DNA of 64,000 nucleotides from Octopus sinensis (GCF_006345805.1 NC_042999.1:142538001-142602000); one strand, 5' to 3'; shown: positions 51,969 to 64,000, counted from the first letter of the stretch. Notes: generated from the letters alone by a model not told the origin. Numbers and translations: made by a program.

Positions 51969-53285
51969 TTATTGATATTCATATTTACATGAATGGATGC
52001 TGTTTTCACAATTCTGTGAATAAAATAATTTTTACCTGGATTATTTAATAGAAAAGAATTTGCTGTTTCTGTTTTACTAACAAAAGATATTTATAGTAGT
52101 TAATGGTCCACTCTATTTGCTGAAAAGGAAGAAAAGCTCACTTTTAGATATTTTTTTAAAACTATAAATTTCTTAAGATGCTCATTTGTATTGTTTTTAG
52201 TGATTCAAAATAGCCACCTCCATAGTAGTGGAAAGAGGAGCTAGCCATAGCAGTAGTTCCACTCTAAATGGTAAAAGAAATTTAAATACACCTCCTACCA
52301 TCAATAAATTTGTTTTCAAGTGTGAAAATAGACTTAAAATCTCTGGCAGTAAGGCTAACAAAGAAACATACAAAAACTGAAGCACAAATATTTGTTGATA
52401 CATGAAAAAAGTAATGGTGAAAATGGTAATTTAAATCAGTCATGGGTATGTTGCTGCCCATGGGGGCTTATGGCCTGCACTAGTTTCTTAAGGACACTCC
52501 AACAAAAAAGTTCCTTGAATTTTTTTAGTAGTGTGCTTCATCTGATGATAAGCCATGTCTCATGCAGCCAGCTTTTCAAAAAAAGATTGCCCATGCCTGA
52601 TTTAAATGATAAAAATATTGTGAACATCAACAAAAATTTTATAAACTTCAGCAAAAATATTGTAAGCATCACCAGCAACAATGCACATTTTGTGGGTTAT
52701 TGGAAAGTACTGGATATGAGCCGGTTCCAAGAAAAAATATGGATACTGTATGTCACAAAAGAGAATACCTTCTTGCTTGATGATCGCATTACCAAGAGAA
52801 AAAAAAAGCAAGATGAAATGCTACATATTGTTTTGCAAACAAAAAGCAAGATTTCCATGTTCTAAAAAGAAGAGTTGGGTAGCTCAAAATCAAAGCTGCT
52901 CAGGTGGTTTTGGAAGATCCAGATTGTAGTTGGGAAGAAGATAACTGGAATGGTGGGGGTGTTCTGTTCCTCATATCTAGTGATTTCTCACCTTGTGTAG
53001 ATGAGTGCTTTTATTTCTCTATTAATTTTTCAGACAGTTTAATTCATGCTGTATTAATTTTTTGCCCTCTTGTTTATTATAATGTACATCACCACCTGTG
53101 TAATGACATGTTTTACATTATATATTTAGACCTTTGAGGCAACAAAAAGTTATTAATAAAACATTTAGTAACAGAATTGGTAATTTTGGACAAAATAAGT
53201 TGCAAGAATTAAAAAATTTTTATTCTGAATTTAATTTTTAATTTTTTGCAAGTAATTAATGAGTACTTCTAACTTAGGCAAAGAT

Positions 53286-53560
53286 GCATTATGAGATCAA
53301 ATCCCACCTGAGTTAATTTTAATAATCATCCTTCAGGGGTAAATAAAAATACTGGAGTGAATTCATTTAATTATTCCCTTCCCCAGACATTTGGCACCTT
53401 ATATCACTGTTAGAAATCTTTATTATCTTTATTTTAATTTTATTTATTACAAAAGATGTCTGGGGAAGGAAATAATTAAATGAATTCACTCCAGTATTTT
53501 TATTTACCCCTGAAGAATGATTATCAAAATTAACTCAGGTGGGATTTGATCTCATAATGC
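53286..53560. repeat. Inverted repeat, 105-bp arms (53286-53390 / 53456-53560)
   Basis: About 3 mismatches counted by eye; 65-bp spacer. Confidence 0.9.
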
Positions 53561-54379
53561 AAAGAGATAAAATTACTTGCAAAAAATTAAAAAATTTACT
53601 TATCTATTTTCATATTTAGAGTCCAAATTTTGCTGAGGTCAGCTTTGCCTACAGAGATTTGAAAACTAAAGCATTAGTGAACTACTGGTGCATATTAGAT
53701 TAACAGTTCTCTCCAAAAAATTTATGCATCTTTGCCTAAGTTAGAAGTACTCATTAATGAGTGTGGGGAAAGATTAGAGTGATGTATACAATACATTATA
53801 GTAATTGGAAGCAGCCTATTATTTTCTAGGTTCAAATAGTGCCACAGTCATCTGGTGTCACTAAGCTAGATAGCAGTCAAGTACTGGCATCAATAAAATT
53901 GAGTATATGTATACCTCACCAAATGAGGTATTCATAGTCGTAGGATAAGAAAGATGAAAATAAATAATATTAGAGAAATGGAAAGAGAGAAAACTGAAAG
54001 AAAGGAGAGTTTGAGGACAAAAACAAGAGAAATAGTGACCAGAGTTGAAAGAGATGATAGAATGAGCTGGGTCAGAAGAAATCACCGTCTTGCTTTCTCA
54101 TGGCCAAAGTTCAAAATCAGTTAAAAAAAAAATATGGCTTGAGAGAAGTAAAGCAAAATATATTACCATGTCATGTGTAATATTGTTGATATATGGAGAT
54201 TTATACAGTGAGTAAAGACATCTGAGCATATGGAAGTCTGGCAAGTCTCTGCTACAGTATCATTCATGGAGAATTGAAAAGAGAGAAATTGATATGCAAA
54301 TGGTGGAAGCAGTGGTAGTGATGATGGATAATGGTAATAGGCTGGATTGCTAGAATAAATAATAAAACTATATATATAT

Positions 54380-54545
54380 ATCATCATCATCATCATCATC
54401 GTTTAACGTCCACTTTCCATGTTAGCATGGGTTGGACGATTTGACTGAGGTCTGGTGAACCAGATGGCTGCACCAGACTCCAATCTGATCTGGCAGAGTT
54501 TCTACTGCTGGATGCCCTTCCTAACATCAACCGTTCCGAGGGTGT
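54380..54545 (-). mobile_element. RTE-family 3' terminus
   Basis: (cat)n cgtttaacgtccactttccatgttagcatgggttggacg...ctggatgcccttcctaac. Confidence 0.8.
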
Positions 54546-54594
54546 AGTATATATACATATATATATATAAATATATTTATAAATAAATATATAA

Positions 54595-54638
<44 letters not shown>

Positions 54639-54674
54639 CATGCACACCACTCTTTATTAGCAGTAAGTATACAC

Positions 54675-54757
54675 ACACACAGCCTGGTCTGAGAATGAAA
54701 CTCACAACCTCACGATCGTAAGCTCGATGCTCTAACCACTGAGCCATGCACCTTCAC
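54675..54757 (-). mobile_element. tRNA-like SINE head (second family)
   Basis: Reverse complement ggctcagtggttagagcatcgagcttacgatcgtgaggttgtgagtttcattc has A-box and B-box-like motifs. Confidence 0.6.
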
Positions 54758-55010
54758 ATATGCTCATTAATAAGTACTTCTAACTTAGGCAAAGATGCAT
54801 AAATTTTTTGGAGAGAACTGTTAATCTAATGTGCACCAGTAGTTCACTAATGCTTTAGTTTTCAAATCTCTGTAGGCAAAGCTGACCTCAGCAAAATTTG
54901 GACTCCAAATATGAAAATAGATAAGTAATTTTTTTATATATACAATATGTATCATATATATATATATATTATTGTGTCATGGGATACACACACACACATA
55001 TATGCATACA

Positions 55011-55058
<48 letters not shown>

Positions 55059-55074
55059 ACATCAATGGAATTTG

Positions 55075-55392
55075 TAGTTTGTGGTACCAGTGCCGGTGGC
55101 ACATAAGAGAACCATCCGATCGTGGCCGTGCCAGCCCTGCCTGGCCTCTGTGCCGGTGGCATGTAAAAAACACCATCCGAGCATGGCCATTCGCCAGCCT
55201 TGTCTGGCACTTGTGTCGGTGGCACATAAAAAGCACCCACTACACTCACGGAGTGGTTGGCGTTAGGAAGGGCATCCATCTGTAGAAACACCAGATCTGA
55301 CTGGCCTGGTACAGCCTTCGGGCTTCCCAGACCCCAGTTAAACCGTCCAACCCATGCTAGCATGGAAAGCAGACGTTAAACAATGATGATGA
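55075..55392 (+). mobile_element. RTE-family 3' UTR fragment
   Basis: gccggtggcacataa repeats and terminus gcatggaaagcagacgttaaaca(atg)n. Confidence 0.8.
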
Positions 55393-56324
55393 TATATATA
55401 TACACACACACATATATGTATGTATGTCTACATGTATGTATGTATGTATTTATGTATGTATGTACCTATGTATGCATACATGTATGCAGGTATGCATTGA
55501 TGGTAATTTATGGTAATGAGTTTAAAGCAATTTCAAGAATAACAATGGAACATTTACTGATGCAGAGACACAATATTAAAAGTAGAACTATAGATATTAA
55601 CAAATATATTATAAAATTCTTTTTGACTAGAATTTCGTGTGTTGTCTGCTGGTTTACTCAACTAATATCATCATTATCATTGTTACCACCACCACCACCA
55701 CCACCACCACCACTACCACCATCATCTTAACAATCTCTTAATATAGGTGCAGGCATGGTCACATGTTTAAAAAGCTTGCTTCTCAACCATGTGGTTTTGG
55801 GTTCAGTCCCACTGCACTGCATCTTAGGCAAATGTTTTCTGCTCTAGCACCAGACTAATGGCAAACATATTATAACATAGAATTTTCAAAATGGGGAATG
55901 GTATTTCCTTAATAGAATAAATCTTTTATTAAATTCTATTAAGAGACATCTTGTGGAATCATGGAGCTTCTCAGAAACCACTTTGAGAATCACTGGTCTA
56001 AGGTTTGTGAGTGTGTATGTGTGAGATAGGGTAGGGTTTGGAAGAGGTAAGGTGATTAATTGAAGGACTTGTTTGTCAAAGTGTTGGTCTATAAGCCATG
56101 AAACTATATAAATTATGTAGGCTTGTGAAGAACATGGATGAAAGGAAAATGGAAAAGTAATGTTAGGGATGGATCCCAAATGGTTTTCACTTAGGTAGAG
56201 AGAGAAAGAGAGAAAAAGGAGGGAAGAGAGAAAGAGAGAGAGAGGGGGGAGGGAGAGAGAGAACACCCTTGTCTGGGAAGAAAATATAAATATAAAATGA
56301 TCTGTGAAGGTCACTGAGTTGCAA

Positions 56325-56467
56325 CAACTTAAGTTAGCTTCTCAGCCACATAATTTTAAGTTCAGTCCCACTATATGGCACCTTGGGCAAATGTCTTCTA
56401 CTATATCTCTGGGCTGACTGAAGCCTTGTGAGTGGATTTGGTAGATGAAAACTGAAGGGAGCTCATC

Positions 56468-56533
<66 letters not shown>

Positions 56534-56760
56534 TGTGTATGTGTGTGTGTGTGTATGCTTGTGTTTGTGTGTGTGTGTATATGCTTGTGTTTGTGTCTGT
56601 ACCCCCATAGCTTGACAGATAACTTAGCAGTTCAGCAAAAGAGACTGATAGAATAAGTACCAGGCTATAAAAATAAGTACTGGAGTTGATTTGTTCGACT
56701 AAAACAACCTTTCAAGGCAGTGCTATAGCATGGCCACAGTTCAATAACTGAAACATGTAA
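56325..56760 (+). mobile_element. tRNA-derived SINE with (TG)n core
   Basis: gttcagtcccactatatggcaccttgggcaaatgtc head; gaataagtaccagg...ggccacag tail. Confidence 0.8.
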
Positions 56761-56871
56761 AAAAGAAAATAAATAAATGGCAGCAAAAAAATCAAAAAAT
56801 AAGTGAATAAACGAATGAAAAACAAATGCATGAGAAAGCAGCTGAGATGTTATTATTGAGTTGTCACTTTT

Positions 56872-56911
<40 letters not shown>

Positions 56912-57904
56912 CCATCGTTATCATCATCATCATCATCATTGTCAGATGGTGAATGTTAGCTCATTAGATTTTGTAAATAGCTATATGAGTTATGGTTTAT
57001 GAGAAAAATGTTGGATTTCTTTTAAAAAATTAAAATATTAATGAAATGGAGTAACGAATCTTCTTCTTCTTCTTCTTCTTCCCTCCTCCTCCTCCTCCTC
57101 CTCCTCCTCCTCCTCTTCCCCTTCCTCTTCTTCTTTCTCCTCTTCCTTCTCTTTCTCCTTACTCTCCACCTCTCCCTTCCTATTCCTCTTCTTTCTCCTC
57201 AAAGAAATACCCAGGTGATGATAAATGCTGTAGGTGTATGGCTAGATATCACTTTTGTTTCACATAGTATGGATGGGTAGTTAAAGCATGGCTAACGAAA
57301 AGCAATATGCTGTCAGGGATCATCAAAATAGATTTGCAAGTCCTAAAAGCCCCATTTGCATCCCACCTCTAAGCCAATAACCACAAAAGCCATACCAGAA
57401 AAATGCCCAGTAAAAAGCCTTGAGACAAGGACATGAAATTAATGATATATGGGTTAAAAAAATTGTATCAGTAAAAATCATCCCAGAACTGATCCCCCTT
57501 CCGCCACTGAAGAGCTTAAAAGTGAAGTAGAAATAGAAAGAAAGAGAAAGACAAAAATAGGGGCAGAGAGGTGGTAGAGAGAGAGAAAATAAACAGAGGC
57601 AGAGGGGGGGAGGGAGAGAGAGAAATGAAAAGATTAAAAATTTAACTGAAACAGTAAAAAGAGCAACAAAACCCAGTTTCTAGAGCAACCATTAGCTAGA
57701 AGTCTGGGGATGGTGAGCAAAATTCCTTTTTGCCTGTTATTAGAAATAGATGAGAAAACACCTTATCCGCTATCAATGTTACTGAGTAGTACTACACTAT
57801 CATTGTTTGATGAGAAAGAAATAATTGTTACAGATGAAAACATAAAGTTAGAATGACACACAAATAGTTAGACTCAGAAAATAAGCTGCATGCAAAAGAC
57901 CAAC

Positions 57905-58300
57905 ATCATCATCATCGTTTAACGTCTGTTTTCCCTTCTAGCATGGGTTGGACGGTTCGACCGGGGTCTGGGAAGCCAGGAGGCTGCACCTGGCTCCAGT
58001 TTGATCTGGCAGTGTTTCTACAGCTGGATACTTGCCAACCACTCCGTGAGTGTAGTGGGTGCATTTTATGTGCCACCGACACAGGTGCTAGGGGAGGCTG
58101 GCAATGGCAACTATCGGTTGGTGCTTTTTATGTGCCACCAGCACGGAAGCCAGTCAAGGCAGTGCTGGCATTGGCCATGTTCGGATGGTGCTTTTTACTT
58201 GCCACTGGCACAGGTATCACAACTACAATTTCCATTCGATTTTTATTTTGATGTTGATGTACTTGACTCAATAGGTCTCCTCAAGCACAGCAGATCGCCC
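57905..58300 (-). mobile_element. RTE-family 3' UTR fragment
   Basis: cgtttaacgtctgttttcccttctagcatgggttggacgg...tttatgtgccacc repeats. Confidence 0.8.
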
Positions 58301-58959
58301 TATGATCCAAGGCAAGCACATCAGGCCTTTCTGCAATTCAAGTTACTTTGGATGGGCTGGGGCTGCTATGTGAAACCAACTAGTAAAAATAAAACAAAAA
58401 CATTGTGATGGCTTGTTGCCAACTTAATGTGGCAGTCCCAGGAAAGGGAAGACTGTTACTGTTATTTAGCACCAAGAAACACCGTTTCTAGTTGGCTATG
58501 CAACACAAGCATTCTGTGTCCTTAAGTTTTCAAACCCTACCCCATTAAAACTTCCTGTTTTCCTGCATTTTCTTTCTTGACTTATCCATGTTTTATTCCC
58601 AAGGGAGGGAAAACTTTTGAATGAGCATGTTTTTGTTCATGCTGTATTCTGGGTTATATCTGGATGTCCTTGTGAAAAGTGGTGAAGTCTTGTTAAGAAA
58701 TGATATTTTCTCAAGATAAACAAACATCAATGCTTACAATACATTTCATTGGACTTAGAAGGAAAACCCATCTTTGCTTCATAGTTTGCAGAGATGCAGA
58801 GGTTGTGAGAATGGATGGCAGTTCTTGTGTAAATATGGTAAGAGGAAGAAAAGATGAGGCAAAAGTGTAATTCAATAACTTTATAATGGAAAGATGGAAA
58901 TGTGGGGATTATCATAGCGATTACAGATCTGGAAGCAGCAGGGAAACTATTGATAAAAA

Positions 58960-58991
<32 letters not shown>

Positions 58992-59058
58992 TATTTGTGT
59001 GTGTTCTTACATATCTATCCATCTCTCTCTCTCTTATCACACTTATTTTATAATATAC

Positions 59059-59135
<77 letters not shown>

Positions 59136-59178
59136 TCAGTAAATGGTAGGGCTGTGTTAACCGCACGTGGAGAAATGT

Positions 59179-59938
59179 TAGGAGAGTAAAAATTATAAGG
59201 CAGAATGCTAAATTGAAAGTAAATTTTAATAAAAATGGGTGTATGGAAAATTAAAAAAGAAAAAAATAATAAATCAAACTGGCTTTCATTGCAAGGCAAA
59301 TTTTCAAGATTTGGAAAAGGAAAAATTTTTTTTTTAAATTGAGGAAGGGGAAAAAAGAAATTTACAATGTTTTTTTTCAAAAAAATAATACATATATACA
59401 AAAATTAATAAATAAGAATACCAATACATTGTAGAGTCTTTATACTTTTAGAGTTCAATAACAGTCCTTGGAAAAATTTCTTTGGAGGGTTAGGATGCAT
59501 GTGTTTAAATATAGTGTTTAGTTTAAAAGGGTTGGGTGAATGTGTGTCAAAACAGGAAATGGGGTAGGAGTTATCCAGTTCCTGTGATACGTTTAACACT
59601 ACATTTAAACACATGCATCCTATTCTTCCAAAGAAGTTTTTCCAAGACTATTATTGAACTCTAAAAGCATAAAGACTCTACAATGTATTGGTATACTTAT
59701 TCATTAATTTTTGTATATATGTATTATTATTTTTTTGAAAAAAACATTGTAAATTTCTTTTTTCCCTCTTTCTCAATTTTAAAAAAAATTTTTCCCCCTT
59801 CCAGATCTTGAAAATTTGCCTTGCTATGAAAGTCGGTTTGATTTATTATTTTTTCTTTTTTAATTTTTCATACACACATTTTCATTAAAATTTACTTTCA
59901 ATTTAGCATTCTGCCTTATTATAATTTTTCCACTCCTA
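59179..59938. repeat. Foldback inverted repeat, ~340-bp arms, ~72-bp spacer
   Basis: 59179-59520 aligns to the reverse complement of 59593-59938 with scattered mismatches; TA at both outer edges. Confidence 0.85.
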
Positions 59939-59955
59939 TATATATATATATATAT

Positions 59956-60630
59956 ATAATAAGGGTGGCTTGTTCACAGTTTTACTACTGAAAGACAGCA
60001 CCAGCATTGCTAGAAATAACAATTAAAACAACTCATAGCAACAGGGAGCACTATCTTATTGACTGACAAGGGAGGTAAGCTCCCTCAGCGTCTAAGCATA
60101 GCCAGATCACAGTGATTTCACATTTATATTAATGCTCGTCAGTGACTCTCACCTAGTGCCTTGGGTTAAACTCAACTGACCTTATCAGTTTATAAGTTTA
60201 TCGTAGAAATCATATGCTGATTTCCTGAATGGTAAAAGTGAAAATTATAAATAATAAGGGTGGCTTGTTCGTGATTTTACAACTAAAAGGCAGAAATACA
60301 TATGTCACTAAAGTAACTGAGGACACTAGTCAGCACCAGCATTGCTAGAAATAATAGTTAAAACAACACATAGCCGCAAGAAACACTATCTTAATGACTG
60401 ACATATGACTTCTATAATAATCATATAAACTGACAAGGCGAATTGAGTTTAACTCAAGGTGCTAGGTGAGAAATGCGGAATCACTGTGATCTGGCTATGC
60501 CTAGACACTGAGGGAGCTTGCTTCTCTTGTCATTAATAAGACAGTGATTCTTGTGGCTATGAGTCGTTTTAACTATTTTTTCTAGCAATACTAGTGCCTA
60601 TTAGTGCCCTCAGTCACTTTAGTGATGTAT
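59956..60630. mobile_element. Retrozyme-like array: unit A1 (59956-60250), partial A2 (60251-60402), inverted A3 (~60402-60630)
   Basis: ataataagggtggcttgttc starts at both 59956 and 60251; 60402-60630 is the reverse complement of unit sequence; A1 carries a full hammerhead. Confidence 0.7.
60092..60156 (-). ncRNA. Type I hammerhead ribozyme with extended stem I
   Basis: CTAGG-TGAG-AGTCA-CTGACGA-GCATT-AATATA-AATGT-GAAA-TCACTGTGA-TC^TGGCT-ATG-CTTAG: all core nucleotides present, three stems, AUC triplet. Confidence 0.8.
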
Positions 60631-60646
60631 ATATATATATATATAT

Positions 60647-61162
60647 ATAGGTGCAGGAGTGGCTGTGTAGCAAGTAGCTTGCTTCTCAACCACATGGTTC
60701 CGGGTTCAGTCCCACTACGTGGCACCTTGGGCAAATGTCTTCTGCTATAGCCTTGGGCTGGCTGACCAAAACCTTCAGTGGATTTGGTAGACGGAAACTG
60801 AAAGAAGCCAGTCATGTATATATATATATACATGACTGGCTTCTTTTCTCTTGGTCACTGTTCTGTCTGTCCCCTGCCTTCCCCCTCTTTGATTCCCTCT
60901 CTCTCTGTCTCTCTTTCTCTCTCTCCTGCGACCTGCTGCTTCTTAAACCATTCTGTTGGCCTTCGTATCTCGACAACTGTGTCCCCGCTACCGAAACGGT
61001 AATTATTTCTACGCCAGTATGTTGTTGTTTGTTGTTTTTTGTCTCATGTGGTCTAAAGTCGTATGAAACCACCGTTATATATATTTTGTTTATTCATTAC
61101 TGTTTTCATCAATTTCGTTTTCGTCTCTGTATTTCATGTTCATTTATATAAAAACATTCATT

Positions 61163-61193
<31 letters not shown>

Positions 61194-61390
61194 TTGTGTG
61201 TCTGTGTTTGTCCTCCCACCATCGCTTGGCAACTGATGTTAGTGTGTTTATGTCTGTAATTTTGTGGTTTGGCAAAAGAGACTGATAGAATAAGTACTAG
61301 GCTTACAAAGAATAAGTCCTGGGGTTGATTTGTTTGACTAAAGGCGTGCTCCAGCATGGCCACAGTCAAAATGACTGAAACAAATAAAAG
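60647..61390 (+). mobile_element. tRNA-derived SINE interrupted by a ~320-bp insertion (60830-61150) in its microsatellite core
   Basis: Head 60647-60810 (gtggctgtgt..gggttcagtccc); tail 61190-61390. Confidence 0.75.
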
Positions 61391-61412
61391 AAAGAATATA
61401 TATATGTGTATA

Positions 61413-61827
61413 CTAGCAGAGATACCTGGCTTTGCCCATGTCACATGGAATTGAAGAATTAGACTCTTTTTTTATATTTTCTCTAATAAACTGGAATACT
61501 TATGATTCAAATTTCATCAAAATTGGACATTAAGAATTTTAATGGGGGTTATGGCCTCATTTATGCCCCTTCACTTTCAAACATATACTGCATTACAGTA
61601 TATGCATAGAATATGATTTTCAAATTTCATAAAGATTCATTCAGTTCTTTTGACCTTGTTTTGGATCATAAAAAAATGACTAAAATTTGGGAGTTAAGGC
61701 CCCCATTAGGGGGTCTTAGAATCCTCATGAGAAGCTGAAACTTTGGGAATACTTCTTGATTTGTGAACCCTCATACGTCATCTAACAATGGGAGAGTCCA
61801 TGCTATATTATATACATTATATATAGA
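61413..61827 (-). mobile_element. Non-autonomous Helitron
   Basis: Minus strand A|TCTATATATAATG...tgggcaaagccagg...CTAG|T. Confidence 0.65.
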
Positions 61828-62862
61828 TAGATAGAATATGGTATTATGGTACTGACTAAACTTTTGGATGTTGTTATACACAGCTGGTCACAATGTGCTT
61901 TGCATTGTTTTAGCTTTTGAATGGTACCAACCTGCAGACTAGGTGGGCAGGCCAACATTCCTTGTGAATGAAACACCAGTCTGTCACAGGGCTATCCATT
62001 TAAAGCTCAGTAGACTGACATGAAATGAAGTGTTTCACTCAAGAAGACACTGCACTGTTGGTCTGGGAATCGAAAACATGATCTCACATCCCTTTGTGGT
62101 TTCTAATTCATGATTTGTAAAGAAGTTTTCTGCTTAGTGTTAAATGAAGGAAATTAAATTTTTTGTTTATATTCCTACTTTTTTTCGACTTGATTATTTA
62201 TTTAATATTTTATATTTATTTCATAAATTGATAAATCATATGCTTGACCTGTGTATCACATGTGGTACACAGGACATATTTCACTGGTATCCATGCATCA
62301 CATATGATACACATTCCCAATATTTTCCAACCACAAGAGTAACCTGGGACTTATGAAAGAAAAGCTTTATATCACAAAGTCATGTGTCTATATATACATA
62401 TAGATAGATAGATGTATATGTTTATGTATTTATGTACACACATACATACATGCATACACACAGAATAATTATTCATAAATAGGTTACAATCACTTTGATG
62501 TTGGTAAACAGATCCAAAGTAGGTCTGAAGAAACAAGCACTTTACAATCTTCTGACCCATATAAATGACAAACAATTAGTTATTTAGACAGATCTGATCA
62601 TTGAATTTTTATCTTTTTCAAGCCCTCTAGTGTCTGGTTTGCCCTGTGAAGCTATTGGTAAGATGCTTATGAATAATAATTGTGTTATACCTGTAATTAA
62701 GTAAATATTTCACTCTTTATGTAAATAGACTTTTGTCAATACTTGCCAACTTACATAAACTCAATGAGCATACACACACACCTCTGTGTGCTTAGGCTTT
62801 ATGTATCTCCATCTGTATTCATATACGTTGCTTGTATGTGCATTTGGAAGTATATATATATA

Positions 62863-62989
62863 CATGTATGAAAAATATATATAAAAATACAAAATGGGAC
62901 AAGAACGCAAAACATTCAAATAGACGACACATTTGAATGTTTTGCGTTCTTGTCCCATTTTGTATTTTTATATATATTTTTTATACATG
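62863..62989. repeat. Near-perfect hairpin: 59-bp arms, 9-nt loop
   Basis: 62863-62921 versus 62931-62989, 58/59 Watson-Crick; the one exception is G:U on the + strand. Confidence 0.95.
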
Positions 62990-64000
62990 AATTATTGCGG
63001 TGTAATGTACACCTTGTTCTCTTATATACATATATATATAAGTGCATATATTTATATGCATACATTTGTATATATGTGTACATAAGATAATGACTATGGA
63101 TATATGTGTGTCTGTATATGTAAATGTCTTTAAATGTAGATGTATTTTCTCTCTCTCTTTCTCTCACTCTCACTCCTCGTGTGTATAAGTCTGTGTGTCT
63201 CTACAGCATTTCCTTGTCATCATTTCCCAATTTTCTGAGAACATGCCGGTATTCCTTTTACCTTCTCCTTTGTCCCTTCCTTCCACCTCCTTCTTTCCCC
63301 TTCTCATTAATTTTAATTCATTTATCTTTCAACACCAATCAACATTTCTTTTCCCCCAGATGAAGGGTTTTTATTCAAAACAAGACTTCTTTCCTTCCTC
63401 ATGAATCAAAATTGATTCCATTTGTATCATCTGAGAAACTGTTAAGAGGAAAGTCGAATGATCTTGGGATGTTGATGTTGATTAAAAGGATGCCTATTGT
63501 ATTTTATTAATTGATTAATATACCCTATAGTATCGTATGTCATTGATATTTCTCTACCAACCTGTTTCTGTCAAGGAGTTATAACCCCCAAATTGTTTCA
63601 GAGTAAAGAGAAAAACTTTCCTATTTCATCACTGGTTTATTCATATGCACTGTAGGATATTGTGTAATTTAAACTCACATAAAAATTATATGTGTTTTCT
63701 GCCATATATTGTACTTTTATGCTCGAAGCTCATGTAAAAGTGATATATATTTCCTGTCTTAGTACTTCTATGCATGGTATGCACATGGTGGTCTGTGTTT
63801 TTAAGTCTCTGTCCATGTGAGTTTTCACATATGTGTGTGTATATGTCAGTATATGAAGGCATGGTGGGTGTTATGCATACTGTGGTTTTATATTTATCTT
63901 CCTCTTCATCTTCATTCTCTCCATCATAATAGTTTTAATGTCTACTTTTCTATATTTACTTGGGTTATATGAAATCCATATTTTCCCTTAATCTGGACTT

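Larger units (their letters stand above)
53589..54935. repeat. Inverted repeat, ~173-bp arms (53589-53761 / 54763-54935), ~1 kb spacer
   Basis: Arms are near-identical by eye (a few mismatches). Confidence 0.9.

Noticed and set aside
54675-54757. Possible tRNA gene
   Set aside because: No acceptor stem and a degraded T-arm; continues into repeat sequence, so it is a SINE head.
57500-57535. CTGAAGA...GAAG hammerhead-like motif (also CTGATGA at ~1970 and ~36993)
   Set aside because: No valid stem II plus GAAA arrangement.

Overview
AT-rich, microsatellite-saturated eukaryotic DNA with no confidently identifiable host exon. It is probably intronic or intergenic. The repeat landscape (tRNA-derived SINEs, RTE 3'-end repeats, Penelope-like elements) suggests an octopod cephalopod such as Octopus; this is inferred from recalled repeat families, not a database match. 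Almost all long ORFs in the track are microsatellite artefacts. The protein-like ORFs are decayed mobile elements: RTE/RTEX, R4/Dong-like (restriction-like endonuclease) and CR1-group LINEs, a Penelope-like RT, mariner and maT/DD37D transposases, hAT elements and small Helitrons. The most notable unexplained structure is a set of hammerhead ribozyme motifs. One is a complete type I hammerhead at 60092-60156 (-), inside a ~295-335 bp unit arranged as a tandem copy, a partial copy and an inverted copy (retrozyme-like). A minimal hammerhead lies at 49924-49967 (-), and decayed relatives lie at 45029-45068 (+) and 12001-12040 (-). The window also holds a nest of (AAT)n-associated Dong-like insertions at 6-11.5 kb and several long inverted repeats (14.6, 53.3-54.9, 59.2-59.9 and 62.9 kb). 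All alignments and folds were done by eye, and repeat boundaries are approximate unless a TSD or terminus is given.
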